Virus record (IMG/VR): IMGVR_UViG_3300010236_000013
Coordinates: 1 to 28,938 of that record
Reading direction: 5' to 3' (one strand)
DNA: 28,938 bases
From: a virus
Lineage: Duplodnaviria; Caudoviricetes
Both the position numbers and the translations under genes were made by a program. Positions 18,096 to 26,891 of the stretch are shown piece after piece. Every line of letters starts with the position of its first letter. Positions within the stretch are counted from its first letter, which is position 1. The notes under the pieces are model-generated. The model saw only the letters and a program-made list of their open reading frames with translations, searched no databases and was not told the DNA's origin.

Positions 18096-18320
18096 TGCCA
18101 CATTATATTAAAAAAGACACCCATATTAGCTGAATGCACCAGAGTTACCGATAAACCCATTGCTGATTAGTGAGCCTTTATGTAAAATGTACACAGCTAC
18201 ATCAAGCTAACCATTGTGAAATAGAAAACCTTTCGTTGAAAGTGCGTCGTCTTCTACAATTAGAAAACCAAATGGAATTAACGAATCTAAGATTGGAAGA
18301 AGACCAAAGGATTTTAGTTA
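18092..18320 (+). ncRNA. TIGR-like tandem guide-RNA array, downstream block (about 6 units)
   Basis: Edge repeats at 18092/18133/18169/18205/18241/18280 (remnant at 18316); loop repeats at 18115/18151/18187/18223/18262/18298; spacers 9 nt except two. Confidence 0.85.
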
Positions 18321-18322
18321 AG

Positions 18323-18378
18323 AAATTCCCTGGACATACATATTCTGCTATGTTACGATATGTGTGTTTGGGGAATTT
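18323..18378 (+). terminator. long RNA hairpin closing the array (terminator or processing signal)
   Basis: AAATTCCCTGGACATACATAT pairs with ATATGTGTGTTTGGGGAATTT, 21 bp including four G-U pairs. Confidence 0.6.
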
Positions 18379-18400
18379 TGTATTTCAGGAGGCTACACAG

Positions 18401-18568
18401 TTGGATAAATTATACATTATAGGTTTAGTTGCTGGTGGATTGTATGCACAGACGTACCTTACGCGTGAAAAATGGCTGGAGTACAACAAAAGCCAGAAGA
18501 TAACAGCGGCTGCAGTACTGTTTGTCATATTAGCAGCAACCATAACGGCGCATATAATGCTATCTTAG
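18401..18568 (+). CDS. small 55-aa membrane protein
   Basis: AGGAGG RBS at 18387-18392, TTG start; two hydrophobic segments. Confidence 0.65.
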   Translation: MDKLYIIGLVAGGLYAQTYLTREKWLEYNKSQKITAAAVLFVILAATITAHIMLS

Positions 18569-18673
18569 ATGTAACGTCACAGGTCAAATCCAGTTGCGTT
18601 GCGCTATTTTCGGCATGGTATCACACCAACCACTATAAAATCTCTTGATATTTGCGAACCTCGAAAGCGTTTT

Positions 18674-19435
18674 TTAGAAGGTTACTTCAATTTTCTTTTC
18701 ACGACCACCTAATAGCAGCCTTGGCACAGTTTTACACGAATGTGGGTATCCCTTCGCCGCGGCGTATCCTCCACGGAACATAAAAGCGTTTGTGTTTATA
18801 AAATTCTGTTCCACTTCAATTAGATTATTATTGTAAATGTCGGGTATAAAGAATGGGCGCTTGTGAACAAGCGGAGTGTGGGTGTGGCTGATGAAGTAAA
18901 TATTAGCCAGTACGATATTGCCAAGACTTTCCAGCGTATTCATCTTGCTGCCTGTCGTGCGCGCTGAACTCCAGCCATGTGTAGCATAAACCGTGTAAGC
19001 TATGCGCTTACCATTTGAACCCTTACCGAGAGTTATCTTCAAGTACGCTTCATCACCTGAGTAATGGCACCCCAACTTATCAGCTAATATTGCAGATAAA
19101 TTCAAGCCCACCTCTTTATAAATTCGCCGTTCATGGTTGCCATCATTAGCCGTGAGTATGCGGTCTTTAATTGGCAGCAGTAATTTAGTGGCTACATCTA
19201 ATTGTTTTTGTGGTGTAAGCGTCTCGCCGTAGACATCACTAACAGAATTTTTAATAGCGGTGTTCAGTAAATCACCATTCAAAATTACGTAGCAGTTTGG
19301 CGTACTTTCGATCCACCTTCGGTATGTTAAAAAATATTTAGTATCAAACAGTGGATCACCAATATGTAAATCACTAATTCCTACCAAGTAAATATATTCC
19401 AATTCCTCAGATAATTCAACGTGATGTATCTTCAA
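18674..19435 (-). CDS. calcineurin-like metallophosphoesterase
   Basis: SDLHIG, GDL, GNHE, THG, SHTH motifs. Confidence 0.9.
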   Translation of the reverse strand: MKIHHVELSEELEYIYLVGISDLHIGDPLFDTKYFLTYRRWIESTPNCYVILNGDLLNTAIKNSVSDVYGETLTPQKQLDVATKLLLPIKDRILTANDGNHERRIYKEVGLNLSAILADKLGCHYSGDEAYLKITLGKGSNGKRIAYTVYATHGWSSARTTGSKMNTLESLGNIVLANIYFISHTHTPLVHKRPFFIPDIYNNNLIEVEQNFINTNAFMFRGGYAAAKGYPHSCKTVPRLLLGGREKKIEVTF

Positions 19436-19467
19436 CGTCTCGTCTCCTTAATTTTCGGAAATAAAAT

Positions 19468-19494
19468 AAAGCCCTGATGTACCAGGGCTTTTTA
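19468..19494. terminator. bidirectional intrinsic terminator
   Basis: AAAGCCCTG-ATGTAC-CAGGGCTTT with A/T runs on both sides, downstream of the endolysin. Confidence 0.7.
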
Positions 19495-19557
19495 CTTATT
19501 CTGTGATATTCTTTTATTAGTGCGAGTTTCTCCCAGTTCGTGGGCGTTCCATAGCAA

Positions 19558-20115
19558 TCACCCCGTTAAACTCAGTCCTAGATATGAAGCAATACCGCTT
19601 GCTATTGCCCATGCAGCCCTGTTCTGGAAGTCGGCTGTCTTTAGCAATGCTTCCTCTTGTGGGTTGCTAATAAATGCCACTTCCACAAGTGATGCCACAG
19701 CGTTGGTATTACGCAGAACGTACAGATCGGTTCTGCGCTTCACACCGCGGTTGGTTAGTGCGACAGAAGAAAATAATCGGTTTTGGATTCCTTCTGATAA
19801 ACGCTTTCCAGCAGCGCTGTAGTACAGTGTTTCCGTGCCGTGTGCAGAAGGATTGCTGAATGCGTTGCAATGAATTGAAATAAAGCATGTTGCACCAGCT
19901 TTGTTACTAACAATACAGCGCGCACGCAAATCCTGTGACGTAGTTAACCCCTGTGATGTTGTGCTTCTACGTGTGAGTACTACGTTGCATACAGGTTTTA
20001 GGTACCCTTCCACACGTTTTGCAATTTGTACAGCAATGTCAGCCTCTTTGGTCTTAGTTGGTCCCACAGCGCCGGACTCGCAACCAGCATGTCCTGGATC
20101 AAGAACTACAATCAT
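19558..20115 (-). CDS. N-acetylmuramoyl-L-alanine amidase (Amidase_3) endolysin, catalytic domain only
   Basis: VLDPGH, E, FISIHCNA, LYVLR, LVEVAFISN. Start reassigned to ATG 20115 (GAGGAGG RBS). Confidence 0.93.
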   Translation of the reverse strand: MIVVLDPGHAGCESGAVGPTKTKEADIAVQIAKRVEGYLKPVCNVVLTRRSTTSQGLTTSQDLRARCIVSNKAGATCFISIHCNAFSNPSAHGTETLYYSAAGKRLSEGIQNRLFSSVALTNRGVKRRTDLYVLRNTNAVASLVEVAFISNPQEEALLKTADFQNRAAWAIASGIASYLGLSLTG

Positions 20116-20311
20116 TTGGAGGGTCCTCCTCTTTGCAGAATAAATCATCACACATTTCACATAAAAACGCGTACAGTGGATTTGTACTCTGGTTCGAGTA
20201 GCAGTGGACACCTTTGTAATCTTGAATAGGCATACCACAGCTATAGCATATGATCATTGGCGCGGCCTGTACCTCAATATGTCCAAGGTGTACGAACCGC
20301 ATATCAGGCAT
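20099..20311 (-). CDS. small zinc-ribbon protein in lysis cassette
   Basis: CYSC...CEMC; ATG 20311 after GAGGGTG; overlaps both holin and amidase ends. Confidence 0.6.
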   Translation of the reverse strand: MPDMRFVHLGHIEVQAAPMIICYSCGMPIQDYKGVHCYSNQSTNPLYAFLCEMCDDLFCKEEDPPNDCSS

Positions 20312-20726
20312 CAATGTCACCCTCTTTTTTCTCGAATAATGCCTTGCGCTGCGCAAGTGCTTTTCTTATAAACTCAGGAATCCACACATTCATTTTGTCT
20401 AAATTTTCAATAATGCTAACTAATTCATTAATTGTGTAGCCCATTATAGCCATACTGCGAAGGTAGTCTTGTCCAAGTTCTTGATCAAAGTAGTAGCAGA
20501 TACCTACTGGAATGAAGAAACAAACCTTCTTAACAATACCCCGCATACCAATCTCGCTGCTGAGTTGTTTGGTGTACCATGCTGCAGCAACTCCTGTGAT
20601 GTAATCAACAACAATAAAGAGTAGCAGTGATTGTAAAGCTTTGTCCCACCCACCTAGATAGCCAATTAGTGCACCACCAGCAGTTGCAAATGCAACTTTA
20701 AAGCATGATAAGTTATCGAAGTTCAA
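20304..20726 (-). CDS. holin (toxin secretion/phage lysis holin family)
   Basis: LGGWD..L..LL.FI.VDYITG...LSS.IG..GI.KK...NE..SIIENL. Confidence 0.92.
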   Translation of the reverse strand: MNFDNLSCFKVAFATAGGALIGYLGGWDKALQSLLLFIVVDYITGVAAAWYTKQLSSEIGMRGIVKKVCFFIPVGICYYFDQELGQDYLRSMAIMGYTINELVSIIENLDKMNVWIPEFIRKALAQRKALFEKKEGDIDA

Positions 20727-20801
20727 TTTGGTGAGTCCCTCCTTTGTAGTTTATTTAAAGCATTTCAGCTTTTTCTAAGAAGCGCATATCAGTCACATTA
20801 T

Positions 20802-21839
20802 CTACAAAACATTTGCTGATTGTAATACGCGTTTCATAGCACTCATACGTTCCGGTGAAGCATTAAGCTCAGTAGAGTAAAGGTCTAAGAATTTCTTGAG
20901 ATTGCCTTCTTTTAACAGTGCCCACGCACCACCCTCAGCTAATGATTCTATTGGGCCCCCAGCAAGTGCATAGGGTATGCCCCCGCCTTCCCAACTACCT
21001 CGTTCCCACGACTTCGGGTATGATAATTGTGGTCTATTCTCCCACAACGTGTGGTCGATGCCACTACCAATTCCGTTACGATAATACTCGCGTATATCTT
21101 CATACGACGGGAATCTTTTTAATATTTCCACGTGTGTTGGGTGATAGTCAGGATAACCAGAGTTATTATGTATAGGCCATCTTTCCACACCGTAGAGATA
21201 GTCCAATATATCATAGTACGCTTGAGGATTATTGTTGGCGATTGTGTGCATTAATTCATGTGCTATGATGCGGGGGGAATCATTCTTATAAGCAAATGTG
21301 TTAGGATGCACTAATGTTACGGAGTTATTCGACCAATTAGCATAGGCATTTGTACCAGGATGTAATGACGCATATGGATCACTAGCTTGTGTGACTAACC
21401 TAATTTCGTTAGGGGTACTGACCGCTTCTTTAGGCAGCGCATTTAGTATATTAACAACGTACTTAGAATTTTTGCGCAATGATGGATTATAAAATTCACT
21501 TGTAGGGAGTTCAATTTTAGTCCGGAAACCGCCAGATAAATAGTTATCTAAATCTTTATTTAAACTATTGAAAGTAGTCTCATTCTGTTTAGTGCGCTGT
21601 TTCATAGCATTATAAACACGATCAATATCATCTAATGTTATGGAACTTAACTTTCTCCTTGCTAAACTAGCGAAACTATTCCCGTTTTCACTAGACACCT
21701 TGCCTATGCTATCAATCAACTTCCTCACGTCACCCATTTCTCGTTTGGTCAAAAGCCCCGCAACAAGAGGAAGGCCGACACCCGTGATTGTGTCGGCATT
21801 CTCACTTAACTTTCTTTTAATTGCTTCCCAATCAGCCAA
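20802..21839 (-). CDS. virion-module protein with HExxH zincin motif
   Basis: IIAHELMH plus downstream ESLAE. Confidence 0.7.
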   Translation of the reverse strand: MADWEAIKRKLSENADTITGVGLPLVAGLLTKREMGDVRKLIDSIGKVSSENGNSFASLARRKLSSITLDDIDRVYNAMKQRTKQNETTFNSLNKDLDNYLSGGFRTKIELPTSEFYNPSLRKNSKYVVNILNALPKEAVSTPNEIRLVTQASDPYASLHPGTNAYANWSNNSVTLVHPNTFAYKNDSPRIIAHELMHTIANNNPQAYYDILDYLYGVERWPIHNNSGYPDYHPTHVEILKRFPSYEDIREYYRNGIGSGIDHTLWENRPQLSYPKSWERGSWEGGGIPYALAGGPIESLAEGGAWALLKEGNLKKFLDLYSTELNASPERMSAMKRVLQSANVL

Positions 21840-21841
21840 GG

Positions 21842-24800
21842 TTAGTACCCCCTCTGTTCTATCTCTCTAACAGTTGGTATGGTCGTACCCTGCACGTCTC
21901 TGGCGTAACGCATTTTCTCCTGCAGTTGGCGGCGTCTGTTAATAGCCTCAAGCAGTAATTGTCTGCGCGGGTCCGACCTGTAGAAGAATGATCCAACCAC
22001 AGGTACTTGCCGTAGTGTGGGCGGCACTTTACTCCCAGTAGCTACATCTGGTGCGCTGGACGTGTTGAACAGTGTATCAGCCACACTTCTACCAAGTGAT
22101 GCGTCTCCACCTGTAGCGCCAGATGTTTGCCCAGCTAGACGTGTGAGCAGTTCTGCAATCTCACGCCCAGCTCCACCAGTTTGCTGGATTGCGTAGTCAG
22201 CGGTAGCTGGTAATTGGTAAGGTTCTCCAGATTTCTGGCCAGGAATAAATGGTAAATAATACCTACCACGTGCGCCAGGATATGATTCTATTTCTTTGCC
22301 GCCAATAGTTTTATTCATTACCAACTCGAAGGGAGTCTTAACTAGTGGTGATACCATACCCAATAAATCCGTTGGATTAGTGAGCATCCCCAACTGTGTA
22401 GCTGGCAAATCAAGACGCAGGTATTTTTCATAGCCTTCGTCGTCCGTGCCAATAGGTATAGCCAAATCTTCCTTAAGCCAATCCGGTGTGTCGTCTATAC
22501 CAGATGCTTGTTGCGCCTCATCAAGCGCGTGTTTAATTCGTGTGTACTTGGCTGGATTCTTAAACAGCGTCTCCAATTGTAATGGAATATTCTTCCTAGT
22601 AAATGTATAAAAGGGTATGAATGTTCGTATAGCTTTCTCAAACGGCGTGATGTCTCCATAATCAAACAAGTATTTTCGCACGCTCTCAGCAGCATCCATT
22701 GGGCTAAGTCCCTGTGCCCTCTTACCAATGTAGTGGGCCAGCTTGCTCCAAGTCTCAATAGCATTACCTGTGGAACGCCCAAACTTGAATGGATGTCTTA
22801 TTGGTGTGCCTTTAGCCGCAGCTTTTAATAATCCACTTGGTTTATCCATACCTTCCATGATGTCTTCCATCATTTCAACCATGCCTGACTTTGACTCACC
22901 ACGGAAGAATCCAAACCCCACAAGTCCGTGTCTAACGAAGTCATCATACAACTCCTGCCCATTAAGCATGGTGTTGCCTATCTTAAATGGTGCGTCTGAG
23001 CCTTCCATAATTCGTAGTGCCGATGCGTAGTAAGCTGGATTGGTAATACCTGCCAGATAATTATTGAAGAAGTTACCTGACAAATTCCGCATGTGGAACG
23101 AAGGAACCACAGAGGTTACTATTGATTTCCACATGTTCTGCACTTTATTAAACCCATCCATAAACTCACGTGCGCCACCTGTGGTTACGTAGATGTCCAT
23201 TGCACGTTCAATTGACCGCGCTATATCAGGGTGAACAACTTTATCGTTTGGGAAATACGCTGACTGAATACCTCGCCATTGTGTTAAGCGTTTTGCCTGT
23301 TCAGCATCTCCCGCATCTCTAGCAGCTCTTAACAATTTTGCGTGCTCGGCAGCATCCATAACGACCTGTGTATCCTGCTTGCTCAAAGTTTTAAACATAT
23401 CTCTAAGCAGCCTAACCTTTACACCCTCCATTTCACGTACACCAGCAATTACTGCGATGTCCTTGATTGGGTGAAGCCCCATTTTCTCAGCTTCTTCTAA
23501 CGTAGGAATCATACGGCGATACTGGAATCCGCCCTTTGGTGAAAGTCCCGCTCTCTTTGCAGCTTGTGCAATACTCCACTCAGTCATAACCGAGCGAATT
23601 TTTTCTTGGGGATCATCGTAAATATGATAAATGTAATTCGGTACAGGATCGAACTTGACCCCAGCACTCAGGTCTGCCATTCCACTGGTCATTAACTGGT
23701 CCTTTGCAAGTTGCGCTGCTTTGTTAATATCTGTCATGGAAGCGCCAGAAGCGAGTGCACGCTGCATAATGTCTTGCTGCCCTTTAATATCAACTACACT
23801 TGCTGACTGCGCCATATCAATCATCGCGCGGCGGTTAGAGTACTTGGTGAGTTTATTGTGCATCTTCTGATCGATCATACCAGCCAAATCTTGTGGGTCC
23901 ATTGTAGGTACTTTCTTGGCTAGTTTATATTCGCCCTTACGTTTCAAGTTGCGCACTATATCTTTCACAGCTTTGTCGTTGTAGATGCTACTGGACATAC
24001 TGCTGTGAATTTTATCAAAATCAGCGCCGAAAGATTGTCGTACTGAAGCCTCCAAATCTTCAGGCTTTAACTTGGCTAAACGCCGTGCGGTTTGTATTGG
24101 CGCTTCAATGCTGTACGGCACAACCTCTCTTGCAGCTTTCGGCACATCCTTGAACATTTCATTAATCTTCATTCCAGCAGCCATCTGCTCGCCATAAATA
24201 GCGCGGAATGTGGCATGCGCCGATTCGGACATTTCTCTTACTGCGTCACGTTGTGCTGCATTTTCTGCTGCGCCATAACTCGCATATGAATTATCAAGTA
24301 AAGGACCAATTTTATCTATGAGTTTTTTACCGCCAGAAATTACACCAAGGTGTTTATCCAGTGCGCCAAGCCCCTCACGGACGATGGTACTTCCTGCCAC
24401 ACGTCCCATTGTTTTAGCTATACCCTTAACAACGGGCGCGCCCACATAGGTTAGTGGGTCCATAGCTACGTCTATGCCAAACCCAACTACTGCCCTGGAG
24501 AATGGGTTTTTTATATCAGTCGGTTTAATAAAGTCACTACCATACACATGTTCTTTACCAGACAGCCCCTCAAGTAGACCAGTCATAAAATCATTCTCAT
24601 TGTCAAGTGAATCTTGTATTGCATTAGCAACTGCATTTCGAGGGCGGTCAAGTATATCCATTGCTTTAAGCAGTAGGTTGGTGCGCTTTTCAGGCGCTGG
24701 TATCTCAACACCTGCAGCATTTAAGCGCAACTCGCTGTTAGCGATCTCTTTATTTACTTGATCAAGATAATCTTCATCTTCATCAGTACTGCTATCCTTG

Positions 24801-24856
24801 TATAATGCGTCCATACCCATTGCTTTAAGTCTTCTATTAAGTGATTCAATGCTCAT
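21842..24856 (-). CDS. large (1004 aa) putative internal virion / DNA-ejection protein
   Basis: Largest late gene; LDPL.Y-type N-terminal motif (MDPLTY), LFDYGD.T.FE...FIPFYTF; position next to lysis cassette. Function inferred. Confidence 0.65.
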   Translation of the reverse strand: MSIESLNRRLKAMGMDALYKDSSTDEDEDYLDQVNKEIANSELRLNAAGVEIPAPEKRTNLLLKAMDILDRPRNAVANAIQDSLDNENDFMTGLLEGLSGKEHVYGSDFIKPTDIKNPFSRAVVGFGIDVAMDPLTYVGAPVVKGIAKTMGRVAGSTIVREGLGALDKHLGVISGGKKLIDKIGPLLDNSYASYGAAENAAQRDAVREMSESAHATFRAIYGEQMAAGMKINEMFKDVPKAAREVVPYSIEAPIQTARRLAKLKPEDLEASVRQSFGADFDKIHSSMSSSIYNDKAVKDIVRNLKRKGEYKLAKKVPTMDPQDLAGMIDQKMHNKLTKYSNRRAMIDMAQSASVVDIKGQQDIMQRALASGASMTDINKAAQLAKDQLMTSGMADLSAGVKFDPVPNYIYHIYDDPQEKIRSVMTEWSIAQAAKRAGLSPKGGFQYRRMIPTLEEAEKMGLHPIKDIAVIAGVREMEGVKVRLLRDMFKTLSKQDTQVVMDAAEHAKLLRAARDAGDAEQAKRLTQWRGIQSAYFPNDKVVHPDIARSIERAMDIYVTTGGAREFMDGFNKVQNMWKSIVTSVVPSFHMRNLSGNFFNNYLAGITNPAYYASALRIMEGSDAPFKIGNTMLNGQELYDDFVRHGLVGFGFFRGESKSGMVEMMEDIMEGMDKPSGLLKAAAKGTPIRHPFKFGRSTGNAIETWSKLAHYIGKRAQGLSPMDAAESVRKYLFDYGDITPFEKAIRTFIPFYTFTRKNIPLQLETLFKNPAKYTRIKHALDEAQQASGIDDTPDWLKEDLAIPIGTDDEGYEKYLRLDLPATQLGMLTNPTDLLGMVSPLVKTPFELVMNKTIGGKEIESYPGARGRYYLPFIPGQKSGEPYQLPATADYAIQQTGGAGREIAELLTRLAGQTSGATGGDASLGRSVADTLFNTSSAPDVATGSKVPPTLRQVPVVGSFFYRSDPRRQLLLEAINRRRQLQEKMRYARDVQGTTIPTVREIEQRGY

Positions 24857-26877
24857 TACTTCACCTTCTTAATTTTGAAACCATTAATATGTAGCATTTC
24901 ACCTAACTTATTCTTAAATTTCCAAGTATCAGCACTATTGGCTATCTCGTATGGTTCAATATTAGGATGTGGTACAGCAAATAATTCTTTAATTAGTGCT
25001 TGGAATTGTTTAACGTCATTATACTTAGGATTTATTTCTTTCATCTTGGCATGTAATTTCTTAAGTGTGACTGGTTTATCCGTTACACCGCCAGTCAATA
25101 CATCATAGATTGGTTTTACTTTCTTGTATGCTATGTCCTGTGTTTTCTTAATAGCTTTCTGTGGCATCCCATTAAGCTTTTTGGCGTTAACAGTTGGTGC
25201 TTCAGCCGCCACAGGTTTTGCTGCAGTAACTTTCTTTGGTTTGGGAAGTAACTCCGCAAGTTTTGTCTCCGCTGCAGGAGCAGCTTTTTGAACGCCGCGC
25301 ACCTGTGGAACTGACGCCGATTTTAATATGTCGGAAATATTACCAACTTTCGGAGTTGGTACCAGCAAATCTTTTATAGCTTGTTGTTCCCCACCAATAG
25401 GTACGCCCTCACTGAGTGTAGTACCTACACGTTTTGGTGTGTCAGCCACATAGTGCATTAGCTCATTTAACACGTTGGTACGTGCTAACGGTGCGTTGGC
25501 TATTTTTATGTTGTTACCTGCAGTGAAAAGATTCTCTATGTCCTGCACGTGACCTGGTAAAGTCTTGTTCACATACTCGCTCAATTTGTTGTAATCATAG
25601 CCGTGTTTTTCAGCTATTGCACGTACGTAATCATCAAACTTATTTGTTGGGCGTCCAGCCGCGTTCCACAGTGTTGCTGCTTCATCACGCACTTCATCCA
25701 TCATGCTGTTAAACAAGTCATGTGCGGCATTCATTTTCAAGTGCGCTATCTTGGTAATATCCTCTGTAGGCACTACTGCTGGTAGTAATTCAGGAGGTGT
25801 GGCTTCTTGCGACACCTGTGGGGGTCTAACAGATTCTGCTGATTGCTCAAGCGCCTGTGCAGGTATAACATCACCTTCAGGATTTACAATAGTTGGTAAC
25901 TCACTGGCACGTGATGATGGAGAAAATCTGTATTCACCTACATTCTTACGCTCTTTAACAGCCTGGTTCATTAGATCGCTGTATTTGCCAAACAGTTCAT
26001 CACGCAATGCCTGTGCACTGCTTACCTTTTCAGCAGCAGCGTCTGACAGTTTCTGCCCAATACCAGCCGCGTATTCCTGTGGCGCATTACGTCTGGAAAA
26101 GTTTTGCATTGATTGTAGAATGTCCTCTGCAGTAGGCCCTGCAGTGACAGATTCTTGTGAAGCAATGGCTTCTTTACCCCTTTTAAGTGCATTTGGAATT
26201 AACTTATCGAGTCCAACACGGCGCGCAATAGCGCCAAGTGCAGGGGCTACAGCTTCGCCAGCTCCACCGAGTGCAGCTATTGGTATCCCTACTGATAAAG
26301 CATCACCGACAGTACCACCTTCAAGCATTTCTTTGGTACTATGAGCACCACCAAGTGCGCCACCTACACGCGCCATACGTGATAACAACTTACCAGTACC
26401 TGCCAGTTTGCCCCAAGGCAACAGGAGACCAGCAATACCGCCGAGTGTACCACCCGCTATGTTGGAAAGTGTAGCTGTTTCAGGCACTGCTTTTGGCGGA
26501 GCACTAAGTAGTCCTGCTGATGCAAAATCTTTTGCTGTTTGCAACGTGTCGTAAACAGTACCTCCTAGAGTTGTGTCTGGTGCATTTGACAAATCATAGT
26601 ACTTACGCAAATCACGTGGTATATCCTGGTATTTGAAGTCTTTTGCATTTTCGACAGCGTAGCGAAGTGCCATACCACGTTCACGGTCGGATATACTACC
26701 TTTTGACTGACCACTATTGACTTTATCGTAAGCAGCCTTACGTGCTGAAATAGCCTGATCGCTTGAAAACCAGGGTAGCCGTTTAGTAATATAATTTACT
26801 GGGCCGTTTATAGGATTTAACTGTGTGAGTATATCAGCTATGTCCTGTAAATCGGTGAACTTACGTTTGTTAGCCAT
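24856..26877 (-). CDS. putative internal virion protein (673 aa)
   Basis: Gly/Ala-rich hydrophobic segment followed by Pro/Ala/Lys-rich linkers; coupled to the 1004-aa gene. Confidence 0.65.
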   Translation of the reverse strand: MANKRKFTDLQDIADILTQLNPINGPVNYITKRLPWFSSDQAISARKAAYDKVNSGQSKGSISDRERGMALRYAVENAKDFKYQDIPRDLRKYYDLSNAPDTTLGGTVYDTLQTAKDFASAGLLSAPPKAVPETATLSNIAGGTLGGIAGLLLPWGKLAGTGKLLSRMARVGGALGGAHSTKEMLEGGTVGDALSVGIPIAALGGAGEAVAPALGAIARRVGLDKLIPNALKRGKEAIASQESVTAGPTAEDILQSMQNFSRRNAPQEYAAGIGQKLSDAAAEKVSSAQALRDELFGKYSDLMNQAVKERKNVGEYRFSPSSRASELPTIVNPEGDVIPAQALEQSAESVRPPQVSQEATPPELLPAVVPTEDITKIAHLKMNAAHDLFNSMMDEVRDEAATLWNAAGRPTNKFDDYVRAIAEKHGYDYNKLSEYVNKTLPGHVQDIENLFTAGNNIKIANAPLARTNVLNELMHYVADTPKRVGTTLSEGVPIGGEQQAIKDLLVPTPKVGNISDILKSASVPQVRGVQKAAPAAETKLAELLPKPKKVTAAKPVAAEAPTVNAKKLNGMPQKAIKKTQDIAYKKVKPIYDVLTGGVTDKPVTLKKLHAKMKEINPKYNDVKQFQALIKELFAVPHPNIEPYEIANSADTWKFKNKLGEMLHINGFKIKKVK

Positions 26878-26891
26878 TACTGATCACCACC

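Noticed and set aside
17066-18320. CRISPR array
   Set aside because: Two alternating degenerate 9-nt repeats with 9-nt spacers, not 23-50-nt identical repeats; no cas operon.
18170-18400. 5' extension of the 132-aa ORF 18170-18568
   Set aside because: Runs through the array and hairpin with no RBS; a strong AGGAGG supports TTG 18401 instead.
20116-20238. N-terminal extension of the amidase
   Set aside because: Overlaps the Zn-ribbon gene; the RBS and domain start indicate ATG 20115.
25703-26344. 213-aa + strand ORF and other short antisense ORFs in the track
   Set aside because: Shadow frames of well-supported opposite-strand genes, without RBS or motifs.
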